Shown here in pieces: positions 1 to 10,340 of a stretch of DNA of 64,000 bases. Location: positions 17,975 to 81,974 of the IMG/VR virus record IMGVR_UViG_3300042350_003419; one strand, 5' to 3'. Position numbers and translations under genes: made by a program. The first letter of the stretch is position 1, and each line of letters opens with the position of its first letter. A model generated the notes under the pieces. That model was not told where the DNA came from, ran no database searches, and worked only from the letters and a program-made list of their open reading frames with translations. The stretch is from a virus. Lineage: Duplodnaviria > Caudoviricetes.

Positions 1-2
1 TT

Positions 3-1136
3 CCAGTAACTAAAATTGTTTTACCTAAATCAAATTCTGTAATAAAATTAATATATAAAAAGTCTGGAGGTGGTGGATCTGGCGCAGGGGCTGCTCTTAC
101 GAAATTGTCAGAATCTTCTCAGGCATTATATGCTGCGGTAGTATTTAATGTCTTGAGAAGAGAAATGACAATTCTTGATGTTACTAAAGATAATTTTATA
201 AAGGCATCATCTACATCGTTTATTGATTCATCTGTTCAGAGTATAATTAATGATCTTCCTGATGATTGGATAAATTCATCTATTCTGGGGGCAAATGCTC
301 TATATAGATATTTTAACGGTAAAGGAAAGTTCACTTTTCATAGGGGTTCTGGTGAAGTTTCTTTGATTGAATCTGCTTTTAGTAGAATTAATAAAGATGA
401 AAAGGCATTTGGTAATTTAAATAAATGGAGCCCAGCAGACATTTATATGATAAGTAATGGCGTCAATCTAGGAAAATTAAGTCAGGAAAGATCTTTAAGA
501 GGTTTAAATGCTCAGATGTATGAGTATATTAAAAATAATCAGGTTATTGGAGTATCTCTTAAAAAAATGTACGGTAGCGGAAAAATATCAAAGAAAAATT
601 TTCCCTCAGATACTAAGGTAAATAGCGCAAAATTTTATGGGACAACTAGTAATGTAGATTCTATGGATGGGTATATTCGGTGGGGATCTCTCAATAATGA
701 AAAGATACAGTTTAGAAGTTTTGGAGGTGAGACATCCTTGACAGGTTGGCAGGGAGAAATTAAAGGTGCATCTGCTAATCAAGGAAAAATTTCTCTTGGC
801 CCAATTAATTTTATTTTAAGAAGACATGGTTTATCTCAAATTCCATCTTCTACAGAGTCTGCGTCACTTGCCACAAAAAATACTATTGAGCATTGTATGA
901 ATATATCCCAGTTAATGGCATCGGATGGAATAATTAAACCACAACAAATTGAAGATATTGCAAATCTTATACAAAAAAAATCAAATAAGTATAGATATTC
1001 AAAATATCTTGTTATGAAGTTGTTTCAAATAATTAATTCAATATCTGGGGAAATGCGAGATAGTGTAGTTCAAGATTTTTATTTGTATGCAAGTTCTCAA
1101 GCAACTTATTCTGCTCCATATTATAAACTTGAGTGA
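3..1136 (+). CDS. 5'-truncated hypothetical protein, possible PD-(D/E)xK nuclease-like
   Basis: Frame is open from position 3, upstream of the TTG at 105; motifs NKWSPADIY and GVSLKK resemble a PD...xK nuclease core. Confidence 0.55.
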   Translation, partial: PVTKIVLPKSNSVIKLIYKKSGGGGSGAGAALTKLSESSQALYAAVVFNVLRREMTILDVTKDNFIKASSTSFIDSSVQSIINDLPDDWINSSILGANALYRYFNGKGKFTFHRGSGEVSLIESAFSRINKDEKAFGNLNKWSPADIYMISNGVNLGKLSQERSLRGLNAQMYEYIKNNQVIGVSLKKMYGSGKISKKNFPSDTKVNSAKFYGTTSNVDSMDGYIRWGSLNNEKIQFRSFGGETSLTGWQGEIKGASANQGKISLGPINFILRRHGLSQIPSSTESASLATKNTIEHCMNISQLMASDGIIKPQQIEDIANLIQKKSNKYRYSKYLVMKLFQIINSISGEMRDSVVQDFYLYASSQATYSAPYYKLE

Positions 1137-1153
1137 AATAGAACTAGTTTAAT

Positions 1154-1402
1154 ATGAAAGACCTTCAATTATTTCTGAATAATATTCTTGATATTTTTAC
1201 CACAAAAAAATCAATACCAAATGATGTCTTTAATGATTTTATCAAGTATTTCTATTTCACACTTGATAAGGAAATCAAATCAAATAAATCAGATTTGTTA
1301 AAGAATAAATATATTAAGATTAGAAAAAATGGTTTAAACTATATTATTGCTAATAAAGAAGCAATAATGGCGAATATTTGTAAGAAAAAATTAAGTAAGT
1401 AA
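1154..1402 (+). CDS. hypothetical protein
   Basis: 82-aa ORF; stop overlaps next ATG (TAATG). Confidence 0.6.
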   Translation: MKDLQLFLNNILDIFTTKKSIPNDVFNDFIKYFYFTLDKEIKSNKSDLLKNKYIKIRKNGLNYIIANKEAIMANICKKKLSK

Positions 1403-2721
1403 TGAAAAGTTTCCTCCAATTTATATCAGAAGCAACTTCTGCAGCAGACCAAGCTCAGCGTCTTGGGTTGCAGGGAGACGGACACGGAGGTTGGTATGAC
1501 AGATCAACAGGAGAGTTTGTTGCCAAGACCGAAGGTGGAAAGTTAAAGTTCTATAATAAGAGACAAAGAGTAGGAAAAGACCCGGTTCAGACTCCACACG
1601 AAAAGGATGTTCCTTCTCCAAGTTATAATGACCCAAATGCCCAACAACCACCTCAACAGCAGCAACAACCCGCACCAGAGCAGCAACCAGTAGCACAGGA
1701 ACCCCAACAACCTGTGGCAACTCCACCACCTGTTCCTAAGACTAAAGGAACTCTTACTGTTGCTTTCGGTCGTTTTAATCCTCCTACAGTCGGACACCAG
1801 CAATTGATGGATGTTGCTGCCGCATCATCTCAGGCAGATGGTGGAGACTATTTAATCTATCCGTCCAGAAGTCAGGATAAGAAAAAGAATCCACTAGACC
1901 CTGATACAAAGATTTCATATATGAGACAGATGTTCCCTGCTCATAGTGAAAGAATTGTAAATGATGCCGCAAATAAGACTATCTTTGATGTTCTTAAAAA
2001 GGCACATAACGATGGATATACGAATGTTAGAATTGTAGGTGGTTCTGATAGAGTCAAGGAGTTTGAGAAACTATCTAATAATTACAACGGTCAATTATAT
2101 GCCTTTGATGCTATTGAAGTAGTTTCTGCCGGTGATAGAGACCCCGATGCAAAAGGTGTGGAAGGTATGTCTGCATCCAGAATGAGACTTGCCGCTGCCG
2201 AAGGAGATTTTCGTAAGTTTAGAGAGGGTCTTCCTCCCGATATGAAGCGTAAATCCGCACAAGAATTATTTGATTCTGTACGAGCATCCATGGGTATTAA
2301 TGAGAACTGGAATCTCTGGGAAATTGCTCCTAAGTTTGATTACCAGACTCTTCGTGAGAATTATATTTGCGAAAAAATATTCCAAATTGGTCAGTTAGTG
2401 GAGAATCTAAACACCGGTCTTGTTGGAAGAATCTTACGTCGTGGAACTAATTATCTGATTTGTGTAACCGAATCTGGTATGATGTTTAAGTCCTGGATTA
2501 AGGATGTGATGGAAACAAAGAAATATACCGAAGTTCAAATGGATAAAAAAATGAGAGAACCCGGAAAACCAAATACTTTAGTTGGAACTTCTGGATTCTA
2601 TAAGTATGTTGCGGATATGACACCAGAGGCACCCGAAACAAATCTACAATACGGAGCAAAACCCTATCGTGGTTATAAAGCATCTAATATTAAGGACTTT
2701 ATAAATAAGTATAGAAAATAG
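1402..2721 (+). CDS. cytidyltransferase-family (HIGH-motif nucleotidyltransferase) protein of T4-like cyanophages
   Basis: FGRFNPPTVGH (HIGH-like), VGGSDR and GMSASRMR motifs; N-terminus MKSFLQFISE. Confidence 0.85.
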   Translation: MKSFLQFISEATSAADQAQRLGLQGDGHGGWYDRSTGEFVAKTEGGKLKFYNKRQRVGKDPVQTPHEKDVPSPSYNDPNAQQPPQQQQQPAPEQQPVAQEPQQPVATPPPVPKTKGTLTVAFGRFNPPTVGHQQLMDVAAASSQADGGDYLIYPSRSQDKKKNPLDPDTKISYMRQMFPAHSERIVNDAANKTIFDVLKKAHNDGYTNVRIVGGSDRVKEFEKLSNNYNGQLYAFDAIEVVSAGDRDPDAKGVEGMSASRMRLAAAEGDFRKFREGLPPDMKRKSAQELFDSVRASMGINENWNLWEIAPKFDYQTLRENYICEKIFQIGQLVENLNTGLVGRILRRGTNYLICVTESGMMFKSWIKDVMETKKYTEVQMDKKMREPGKPNTLVGTSGFYKYVADMTPEAPETNLQYGAKPYRGYKASNIKDFINKYRK

Positions 2722-2741
2722 TAAAGTAGTAAAGTCTTAAT

Positions 2742-4586
2742 ATGAAAAATCATATTGCCGAAGAGTTACCAGCGAGAAAACACGCTCCTGCCGCTGCTGG
2801 TTCTGGTTCCGGTGCTACTCCCGCCGATGGAGACAAAAAGAAAAATAGTGAAAAGTCCCCAGAACAAAGAGCAAAGCAGGCAGTATATGATATTCGCTAC
2901 AGAGCAAGAAGAGAAGATATTCCACTTCGCCAGGCATTCTCTCAATATATGCAAAATAGTAGTATGGGAGGTCAAGAAAAAACTATTGTTAAGGCAAAAC
3001 TATTCGGTAAAGAGGGTGGTGGTATGAAGGCAGAAGATTTTAATCCTATCTTTAAGGATGCGGCATCTGATAATGTTGCCAAAGCACTTTTTAAGGTTTT
3101 TGTTGAAGGAACCGAACAAGAACAAGAATCAATTTCTTTAACCTATCTTGAAGAACTTGATAGTGCAGAGCACAGAAAGTATAAGGTTAGAGTAACCGAT
3201 AAGAATACCAAAAAGTCTTATGTAAGATATGCAACTCGTGAAAAGATTAATCAACTTCGTGCAAATTCAAATATTGAATCAGTTGAAATGACCGGATATG
3301 GCGAACCCTATGAAGGTGAAAAGAAAAAGGGTGAGCAAACCGCAAAGGTTGCATCAGGTAAGGGACTAGACCCTGTTGGTAAGGAAGATTCTGATATTAA
3401 TAATGATGGTAAGGTCAATAAGACCGATGATTACCTCAAGAATCGTCGCAATAAAATCGGTTCGGCAATTGCTACTCGTAAAGAAGAGTTCATTCACGAA
3501 GCAGAAACCGAAGACTCAAATGATAAAAAAATTGATATAATGAAGAAGGGAAAAAAGAATAAAGTTATTATTGCACCTACTCAGGATAAAAGTGTAGGAT
3601 TGATGAATCATCAAGAACTTGATGGCGAACTAATTTCTGAAAAGGCAGTCAGTTCGGCACAGCAGCGTTTTATGGGAATGGTTTATGCTGCTAAAAAAGG
3701 CGAAAAACCCGCAAGCCCTGAAGTTGCAAAAGCAGCAAAAGGTATGAGTAAGAAAGAAGCAAAGAAATTTGCATCAACAAAGCACAAAGGTCTTCCAGAA
3801 ACTGTAAAGGAATCTGGATACTTTCCTACACCCGAATCGCAAAGAAAAGATGAGGCAAAGTATAATCTGAGAGGTCAAACTGTAAAACCCAGAACTCCTC
3901 AAACTCAATTGGGTGCAAAAATGAAGCCACAAACTCCAGTTAAAGAAGAATCTGAATGTGGTATGGGCGACAAACCAAAACTCAAAAAGAGTGAATCTGA
4001 TGTTAGAGAAATTCCAACTAAAGTAAATCTGGTTAAAAATAAGTTAAGAGCAATGGGTCTCAAGATGTCTTATGAACCCGATGGTGAAATGGTTGATGAA
4101 GCAATTGCTGGACTAAGACCGGCTTCCGAGAGAACAAAGAATACAATTACTCCAGCACAAAGAAAGAAGCAAGAGCAAGAGCGTAAAAGAAAAGAAGAAC
4201 TGACACATAGAGCAAATTTAGAACTTGCTGGTATGAAGAATACTGCCAAACCAGGAGCAGTAACAAAAACTGAAACAAAACCATCTGCACCAGAATCAAA
4301 TCGTAAGATTAAGACTGGTAAAAAAGTTGATACTCTTGCGGTAAAGGCAAACAAGATTATCTCTTCTTCTTATGAACCAGAAGGTGAAATGGTTGATGAG
4401 GGGCAAGGAGAATTCAGAAGTCTTGGTAGAGCAGACCAAAATAGAGGAAGAAATCGTTATATGGGGGGTGGAACCGCCGATGACATGGCAGACGACCAGA
4501 AAAGAGGAGATAGGGCAGCTGCTCGTGCTGTAGAACAGTTAAGAAGAAGACGTGCAGCCGAAGAGAGACGTAAACAAGAAAAATAA
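2742..4586 (+). CDS. charged low-complexity protein, putative internal virion protein
   Basis: 614-aa ORF after late promoter TATAAATA (2700-2707); repeated SYEP(D/E)GEMVDE; AVSSAQQRFMGMV...STKHKGLPE module. Confidence 0.7.
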   Translation: MKNHIAEELPARKHAPAAAGSGSGATPADGDKKKNSEKSPEQRAKQAVYDIRYRARREDIPLRQAFSQYMQNSSMGGQEKTIVKAKLFGKEGGGMKAEDFNPIFKDAASDNVAKALFKVFVEGTEQEQESISLTYLEELDSAEHRKYKVRVTDKNTKKSYVRYATREKINQLRANSNIESVEMTGYGEPYEGEKKKGEQTAKVASGKGLDPVGKEDSDINNDGKVNKTDDYLKNRRNKIGSAIATRKEEFIHEAETEDSNDKKIDIMKKGKKNKVIIAPTQDKSVGLMNHQELDGELISEKAVSSAQQRFMGMVYAAKKGEKPASPEVAKAAKGMSKKEAKKFASTKHKGLPETVKESGYFPTPESQRKDEAKYNLRGQTVKPRTPQTQLGAKMKPQTPVKEESECGMGDKPKLKKSESDVREIPTKVNLVKNKLRAMGLKMSYEPDGEMVDEAIAGLRPASERTKNTITPAQRKKQEQERKRKEELTHRANLELAGMKNTAKPGAVTKTETKPSAPESNRKIKTGKKVDTLAVKANKIISSSYEPEGEMVDEGQGEFRSLGRADQNRGRNRYMGGGTADDMADDQKRGDRAAARAVEQLRRRRAAEERRKQEK

Positions 4587-4627
4587 ATTCTAAATAGTAC
4601 AGGATACTCTTTCACACGGAGATTATT

Positions 4628-4813
4628 ATGACAATCGCAGCAATTATCGCTTGGGCAAATGCCAATCAAGCACTTATCGCAACTGTTCTTTTTGCAGTTT
4701 CGGAAGCACTTGGAGCAAACCCAAAAATCAAAGCAAACGGTATTCTTTCACTCATTCTTATTCAGGCACAAAATGCTCTGAAAGCAAAAGGTGCAAAAGA
4801 TATTACTCCTTGA
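4628..4813 (+). CDS. small hydrophobic hypothetical protein
   Basis: GGAG SD; Ala/Ile/Leu-rich; followed by terminator. Confidence 0.65.
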   Translation: MTIAAIIAWANANQALIATVLFAVSEALGANPKIKANGILSLILIQAQNALKAKGAKDITP

Positions 4814-4831
4814 GAGTTAATCAAAAATGTT

Positions 4832-4872
4832 AAGGAGACCTATAAAGTAAAGGTCTCCTTTTTTTATAAATA
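4832..4872 (+). terminator. intrinsic terminator fused to late promoter TATAAATA
   Basis: AGGAGACC...GGTCTCCT stem, T-run running into TATAAATA. Confidence 0.75.
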
Positions 4873-4904
4873 TTATTAGAAAAAGAATTTTGTAGGTAAG
4901 AAAC

Positions 4905-5927
4905 ATGTCACTTTGGGGCATTTCAACAAACGCTGAAACTGCAGCAAATAATTACGCAATTCCAAAATTCCAACTTGAGACTGATCGTAACACAAGTCCT
5001 TGGAATACTTTTGCAGATGTTCGTGGTTGGATTCAGAGAAGATATAAGACTAAAGTAAATTCGGGAATTTCTACTCGTTACTTTGACGAAGTTTTAGTCC
5101 CTGTTACTGGGATTAATAGTACTAATGTTGGTGGATCTACTGGTATTGGAACTGCTGAACCAGTCGCAGTTTTCTTTGAAGATCCTAATCAGGCATCACC
5201 AATTTCTATCGGCGGTGGAGCAACTACTGGCATTTCAACTGGTGCTACTGGTTATGTTCATGTTGTGTTTAATGAACTTGTTTTTGCTGGTGCTGGAGCA
5301 ACTGTTAGTATTCGTGCCTTTGATGCAAACAATGCAAATGAAACAACAAGAATCGTTGGAACTGCAGTATCAAACACTGGCACTCAATATGCTTGGGCAG
5401 GATCTGCTGCTATTCATGGATCTCCAGATGTATATACGAATTTCAACGGTCAGATTACAAATAGAGTAGCATTTGCATTCACTGCTCCAAGTACAGTTCT
5501 TACTGCAAATGTTAATTTCTTAACTACTTCTATCAATTCCACAGTTGCTGCTGGTTCTACTATAATTTTTGTTAGCAGTTTGACTGGTGTTTCTGCGGGA
5601 AGTTCAATTACTGTTGGAACTGCGATCACAACAAGATCTGTAGTTGCTGTTGGAGATACCTTTGTTACAATTGGAACAGCATCTACGGTTCCATCTGTGA
5701 TTGGTATTACTACTGCTGTTACATTTAGTACTCGCACAAATGCCACTAAGTTATCTATTGATCTCTCGCGTGGTTTTGTTGGAGTGATTACTGATGGATC
5801 AAATGGCGTTGGTGTGATTAGTTCGTTCACATCACAATTTGGAGATGTTCTTCTTCGTAATGTTGCTGGTGCTGGAACAACTTCTGGAGTTGGTATTGGT
5901 ACAACCACTTTAACTGTTACTGCATGA
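4905..5927 (+). CDS. putative virion structural protein
   Basis: Gly/Thr/Ser/Val-rich beta-type composition, late promoter upstream. Confidence 0.7.
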   Translation: MSLWGISTNAETAANNYAIPKFQLETDRNTSPWNTFADVRGWIQRRYKTKVNSGISTRYFDEVLVPVTGINSTNVGGSTGIGTAEPVAVFFEDPNQASPISIGGGATTGISTGATGYVHVVFNELVFAGAGATVSIRAFDANNANETTRIVGTAVSNTGTQYAWAGSAAIHGSPDVYTNFNGQITNRVAFAFTAPSTVLTANVNFLTTSINSTVAAGSTIIFVSSLTGVSAGSSITVGTAITTRSVVAVGDTFVTIGTASTVPSVIGITTAVTFSTRTNATKLSIDLSRGFVGVITDGSNGVGVISSFTSQFGDVLLRNVAGAGTTSGVGIGTTTLTVTA

Positions 5928-5928
5928 T

Positions 5929-6300
5929 ATGAGATTTGATGAGTTGAATGAAAATAATTATATATTATTTGCCATTAAATATTACGAAAATCCTCAATCA
6001 GTAACGATGGAGGATTTTGAGTCTGATTTGAAAAGAATTAGATATGTAAAAAGATTATTAAAAAGATATAAAAATACTGGCGAATTAAAAACTCATCTCA
6101 TCTTAAATCATCTTATTATCCTCTTTAATGTTTTTAACGATGCCGCAGTTCCTTTGTTATTCTATAATTTAGAAAAGGAACTGTGGCCGTCTATTAAAAG
6201 TTTTTTACTGTTTTTAAATCGTTTACCAGAATATCCCAAAACTCAGATACACGAAATTATTGAAGATTCTGAGTGTCTGTCCCAATTGCAGAAAATCTAA
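5929..6300 (+). CDS. conserved T4-like phage hypothetical protein
   Basis: 123-aa ORF with motif LILNHLIILFNVF. Confidence 0.75.
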   Translation: MRFDELNENNYILFAIKYYENPQSVTMEDFESDLKRIRYVKRLLKRYKNTGELKTHLILNHLIILFNVFNDAAVPLLFYNLEKELWPSIKSFLLFLNRLPEYPKTQIHEIIEDSECLSQLQKI

Positions 6301-6512
6301 TGGATATAAACAAGATTATTGATATTATTCATACTCTCAAAGAAGAAGGTGAGGGTGGCGGTGCTCCCACTAATAGTCTTGTTGGTGGAAAGATTGCGGG
6401 TACAGCAGAAGCGGGTGATAGTCCTCCAGTAGATTTGAGAAAAGGAAAAAGAAGGAATTGGAATCCATTCTTCAAAAATCTTGCCAGAATGCAAAGAAGA
6501 AAATCCAAATAA
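6300..6512 (+). CDS. hypothetical protein
   Basis: ATG overlaps preceding stop; LKEE...APTNS motif. Confidence 0.6.
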   Translation: MDINKIIDIIHTLKEEGEGGGAPTNSLVGGKIAGTAEAGDSPPVDLRKGKRRNWNPFFKNLARMQRRKSK

Positions 6513-6574
6513 ATAATAATATAATTACTACTTGATTTTTTTGTTTCGTAAATCCCATACCAACCAACAAAAAA

Positions 6575-7018
6575 ATGTTTAACAAATCATCCAACGAAAC
6601 AAAAATTGCGGTTCTCGAAGAACGTCTTACTTCCTATGAGGTTATGATGAAAAAGATAGATGAAGCAATTCAGATAATGGGTAAGACAAGTCAAAGCATT
6701 TCTAAAATGTTGGCAGTTCATGAAGAAAAATTGGAAAATAGTGGTAAAAATGATGACTTAATTATTGATAGAATTAAAACAATTGAAGTAAAAAATACAG
6801 AAGAGCACGGTAGAGTAATTGAAAGATTTGAATCGCTGGAAGAAAAAATAGATGAGCGTATAATTAATCTTGATAAAAAAGTTGATGATGTCGTTAAGTT
6901 TCGTTGGTTAGTTGTGGGTGCTTTAGTAATAATTTCTTTTGTATTTTCTCAGTCATCTATGGTGGTGGATGTCTTGACACCAGACTCAGAAAAGATTAGG
7001 ATAGAAAGAGCAAAGTAA
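6575..7018 (+). CDS. coiled-coil protein with C-terminal transmembrane helix
   Basis: Helical charged N-part, hydrophobic WLVVGALVIISFVF. Confidence 0.7.
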   Translation: MFNKSSNETKIAVLEERLTSYEVMMKKIDEAIQIMGKTSQSISKMLAVHEEKLENSGKNDDLIIDRIKTIEVKNTEEHGRVIERFESLEEKIDERIINLDKKVDDVVKFRWLVVGALVIISFVFSQSSMVVDVLTPDSEKIRIERAK

Positions 7019-7028
7019 AACCCTTATA

Positions 7029-8000
7029 ATGGATTTAATTGATTCCAAGTATATTGGACTAGTTTCCTCACGCCTTCAAAAATTTAAAAGAGTCAAGGCA
7101 GATCTCTACAATTTTCGCTGCCCTATGTGTGGAGACTCTCAAAAGAATAAAAATAAGACTAGAGGATATTTGTATCCTGTAAAGAACAATACTAATTTTA
7201 AGTGTCATAACTGTGGGGCAAGTATGTCCTTCAATAACTTTCTCAAAGAACTAGACTCCACTCTTCATAAGCAATATACGATGGAGAAGTTTAAGGAAGG
7301 ATATACCGGTAAGAACTTTGTAGTTGAAGAACCAAAGTTTGAGTTCTCAAAACCAACATTTTCCAAGAAACTGGACCTTCCAAAAGCATCATCAAATCAA
7401 CTTGCCAAGGAATATCTAGAAAAAAGACAACTCAATCCGGAAAAGTTTTATTTTGCTGACAAGTTTCAGGAGTGGGTGAATACTCAAAAACCCACATATA
7501 GTAGGATTGTAAAGGATGAGAGTCGTATAGTCATACCACTATACACTAGGGAAGGAGAAGTCTTCGGATTTCAGGGAAGAGCACTAGGTCCGAATAGTGT
7601 TAAATACATTACCGTCATCTTGGATGATTCAATTCCCAAACTTTATGGACTCAATAAGGTAAATGCAAATGAGACGGTTTATATTGTTGAGGGACCATTT
7701 GACTCTGAGTTTGTAGAGAATGGAATCGCTATGTGTGGTGCCGATGTTGATGTATCATCCTGTAATTTTAAGGATGTAGTTTATGTCTTTGATAATGAAC
7801 CACGAAACCGAGAAATCTGCAATCGTATGAATAAGATTATTGAGGGTGGAAATAAAATTATAGTATGGCCCAAATCCATTCAGCAAAAGGATATAAACGA
7901 TATGATTCTTGCTGGACTTTCGGTTATGGATATGTTAAAATTGAATACACACTCAGGTTTAGAAGCAAAAGTAAAGTTTAACGAATGGAAGAAAGTATGA
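7029..8000 (+). CDS. gp61: T4 gp61-like DNA primase
   Basis: Zn ribbon CPMCGDS...CHNCG; TOPRIM motifs YIVEGPFDS, VFDNEPRN, KDINDM. Confidence 0.95.
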   Translation: MDLIDSKYIGLVSSRLQKFKRVKADLYNFRCPMCGDSQKNKNKTRGYLYPVKNNTNFKCHNCGASMSFNNFLKELDSTLHKQYTMEKFKEGYTGKNFVVEEPKFEFSKPTFSKKLDLPKASSNQLAKEYLEKRQLNPEKFYFADKFQEWVNTQKPTYSRIVKDESRIVIPLYTREGEVFGFQGRALGPNSVKYITVILDDSIPKLYGLNKVNANETVYIVEGPFDSEFVENGIAMCGADVDVSSCNFKDVVYVFDNEPRNREICNRMNKIIEGGNKIIVWPKSIQQKDINDMILAGLSVMDMLKLNTHSGLEAKVKFNEWKKV

Positions 8001-10294
8001 ACAACGGAACAAAAGTCACTAAAAGAAATGGAAATACTGAACCACTTGATTTGAATAAACTTCATGTTATGGTGGAAGAATCCTGTAAGGATCTTGCTGG
8101 AGTTTCTGCATCTCAAGTTGAAATGCAATCTGGAATTCAGTTTTATGATGGAATTACTACAGCAGAGGTTCAGGAAATTCTGATTCGTTCTGCTTCTGAT
8201 TTGATTGATCTGGATCATCCTAATTATCAATTTGTTGCTGCTCGTCTTCTTCTGTTTGCTCTTCGCAAGCAATTGTTTGGACGTATGCATGAATTCCCAA
8301 CCGTAAAGCAACACGTTCTTGATTGTGTTGATGACGGAGTTTATGATTCAGAAATTCTTGATCTTTACACAGATGAAGAATTTGAGAAACTTGAGTCGTT
8401 TATTGATCATGATCGTGACTACTTGTTCACTTATGCAGGACTTAGACAAGTAGTGGACAAGTATCTTGTTCAAGATAGGAGTAGTGGTGCTCTTTATGAG
8501 ACCCCACAGTTTATGTACCTTTTGATTTCAGCAACTATTTTTTCTAAGTATCCAAAAGAAACTCGTCTAGATTACGTTAAGAGGTATTATGACGCAATCT
8601 CCAAACATAAAATCAACATTCCCACACCAATCATGGCAGGTGTTAGAACCCCACTTCGCCAATATGCAAGTTGTGTTCTTGTTGATGTTGATGACACCCT
8701 CCCTAGTATTGAGTCTAGTGATTCTGCAATCTTTAGGTATGTTGCTCAAAGAGCAGGAATTGGCATCAATGCAGGTAGAATCCGTGGCATCAACAGTAAA
8801 ATCAGAGGGGGAGAAGTTATTCATACAGGTGTTATCCCATTCCTCCAAAAGTTTCAGGCAACTGTCAGATCTTGCACTCAAAACGGCATCCGTGGTGGAT
8901 CAGCAACTGTCCACTTTCCAATCTGGCACCAAGAAATCCAAGACATCCTAGTATTAAAAAATAACAAAGGAACCGAAGATAACCGTGTTCGTAAGTTAGA
9001 CTACAGTATCCAAATCAGCAAAATTTTCTATGAACGATTCATTCAAAACGGAGAAATCACACTCTTCTCCCCACACGACGTTCCTGGTCTTTATGATGCT
9101 TTTGGCACTGATCGATTTGACGACCTTTATGTGGGTTATGAACGAGATGGATCTATTCCAAGAAAAACTATCGGCGCTCAAGAACTATTTCTGGATCTTC
9201 TGAAAGAACGTGCCGAAACTGGTCGTATTTACATTATGAATATTGACCACTGCAACTCCCACTCTTCCTTTATGGATAAAGTTGAGATGAGTAATCTTTG
9301 TCAGGAAATCACACTCCCAACAAAACCGATTCAACATATTGATGATCCAAATGGGGAAATTGCTCTTTGTATTCTTTCTGCTATTAATGTTGGTAAAATT
9401 AAAAGTAATGAAGATCTTGAAGTTCTTTGTGATCTTGCTGTTAGGAGTCTTGATGAACTTATTGATTTTCAAAGATACCCCGTCAAAGCAGCAGAAATCG
9501 CCACCAGAGCACGTAGGTCACTTGGCGTAGGTTATATTGGTTTGGCACATTATCTTGCCAAGCACGGGCAGAATTATGCCGATCCTGGGGCATGGCAATT
9601 AGTTCACGATCTGACTGAGGCATTCCAATACTATCTCATTCAGGCAACTGTCAATCTTGCTAAAGAAAAGGGTGCCTGTGAATACTCTCATCGCACCAAG
9701 TATGGTAATGGTATTTTGCCCATTGATACATACAAAACTGACGTTGATGAAATCATTCCAAATAATCTGAAGTATGATTGGGAAAGTCTTAGAGCACAGG
9801 TCAAACAGTATGGAGTTAGGAACTCAACACTGTCCGCACAGATGCCATCGGAGAGTAGTTCCGTTGTGTCAAATGCAACAAACGGAATTGAACCTCCCAG
9901 AGGATATCTGTCCGTTAAGAAGTCGAAGAAGGGACCGCTCAAGCAGATTGTTCCACAGTATCATACTCTTAAGAACAATTATACGCTTCTTTGGGATATG
10001 CCTAGCAATCGTGGTTATATCAATATTGTTGCTGTTATGCAAAAATTCTTTGATCAGGCGATTTCTGGAAACTGGTCATATAACCCAGAGAATTATGAGA
10101 ACAATGAGGTTCCTGTTAGCGTAATGGCACAGGATATGCTTACTTGTTTCAAATTGGGGCATAAAACAGCATACTATCAAAACACTTATGATAATAAGAC
10201 AGATGAAGTTGAAGAACCAAAACAACAACTTCAATCTCTTCTTGATGACATTATGAGTTCTGGCGAAGACGATTGTGAAAGTTGCAAAATCTGA
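7997..10294 (+). CDS. nrdA: class Ia ribonucleotide reductase alpha subunit
   Basis: ATP cone; PTPIMAGVRTP, SCVL, SNLCQEI, YYQ, C-terminal CESCKI; likely ATG at 7997 overlaps primase stop. Confidence 0.97.
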   Translation: MNNGTKVTKRNGNTEPLDLNKLHVMVEESCKDLAGVSASQVEMQSGIQFYDGITTAEVQEILIRSASDLIDLDHPNYQFVAARLLLFALRKQLFGRMHEFPTVKQHVLDCVDDGVYDSEILDLYTDEEFEKLESFIDHDRDYLFTYAGLRQVVDKYLVQDRSSGALYETPQFMYLLISATIFSKYPKETRLDYVKRYYDAISKHKINIPTPIMAGVRTPLRQYASCVLVDVDDTLPSIESSDSAIFRYVAQRAGIGINAGRIRGINSKIRGGEVIHTGVIPFLQKFQATVRSCTQNGIRGGSATVHFPIWHQEIQDILVLKNNKGTEDNRVRKLDYSIQISKIFYERFIQNGEITLFSPHDVPGLYDAFGTDRFDDLYVGYERDGSIPRKTIGAQELFLDLLKERAETGRIYIMNIDHCNSHSSFMDKVEMSNLCQEITLPTKPIQHIDDPNGEIALCILSAINVGKIKSNEDLEVLCDLAVRSLDELIDFQRYPVKAAEIATRARRSLGVGYIGLAHYLAKHGQNYADPGAWQLVHDLTEAFQYYLIQATVNLAKEKGACEYSHRTKYGNGILPIDTYKTDVDEIIPNNLKYDWESLRAQVKQYGVRNSTLSAQMPSESSSVVSNATNGIEPPRGYLSVKKSKKGPLKQIVPQYHTLKNNYTLLWDMPSNRGYINIVAVMQKFFDQAISGNWSYNPENYENNEVPVSVMAQDMLTCFKLGHKTAYYQNTYDNKTDEVEEPKQQLQSLLDDIMSSGEDDCESCKI

Positions 10295-10340
10295 CCTGAT
10301 TAAATATAAAAGTGTGAGTTAATTTAGAGAAGAAAAAATT

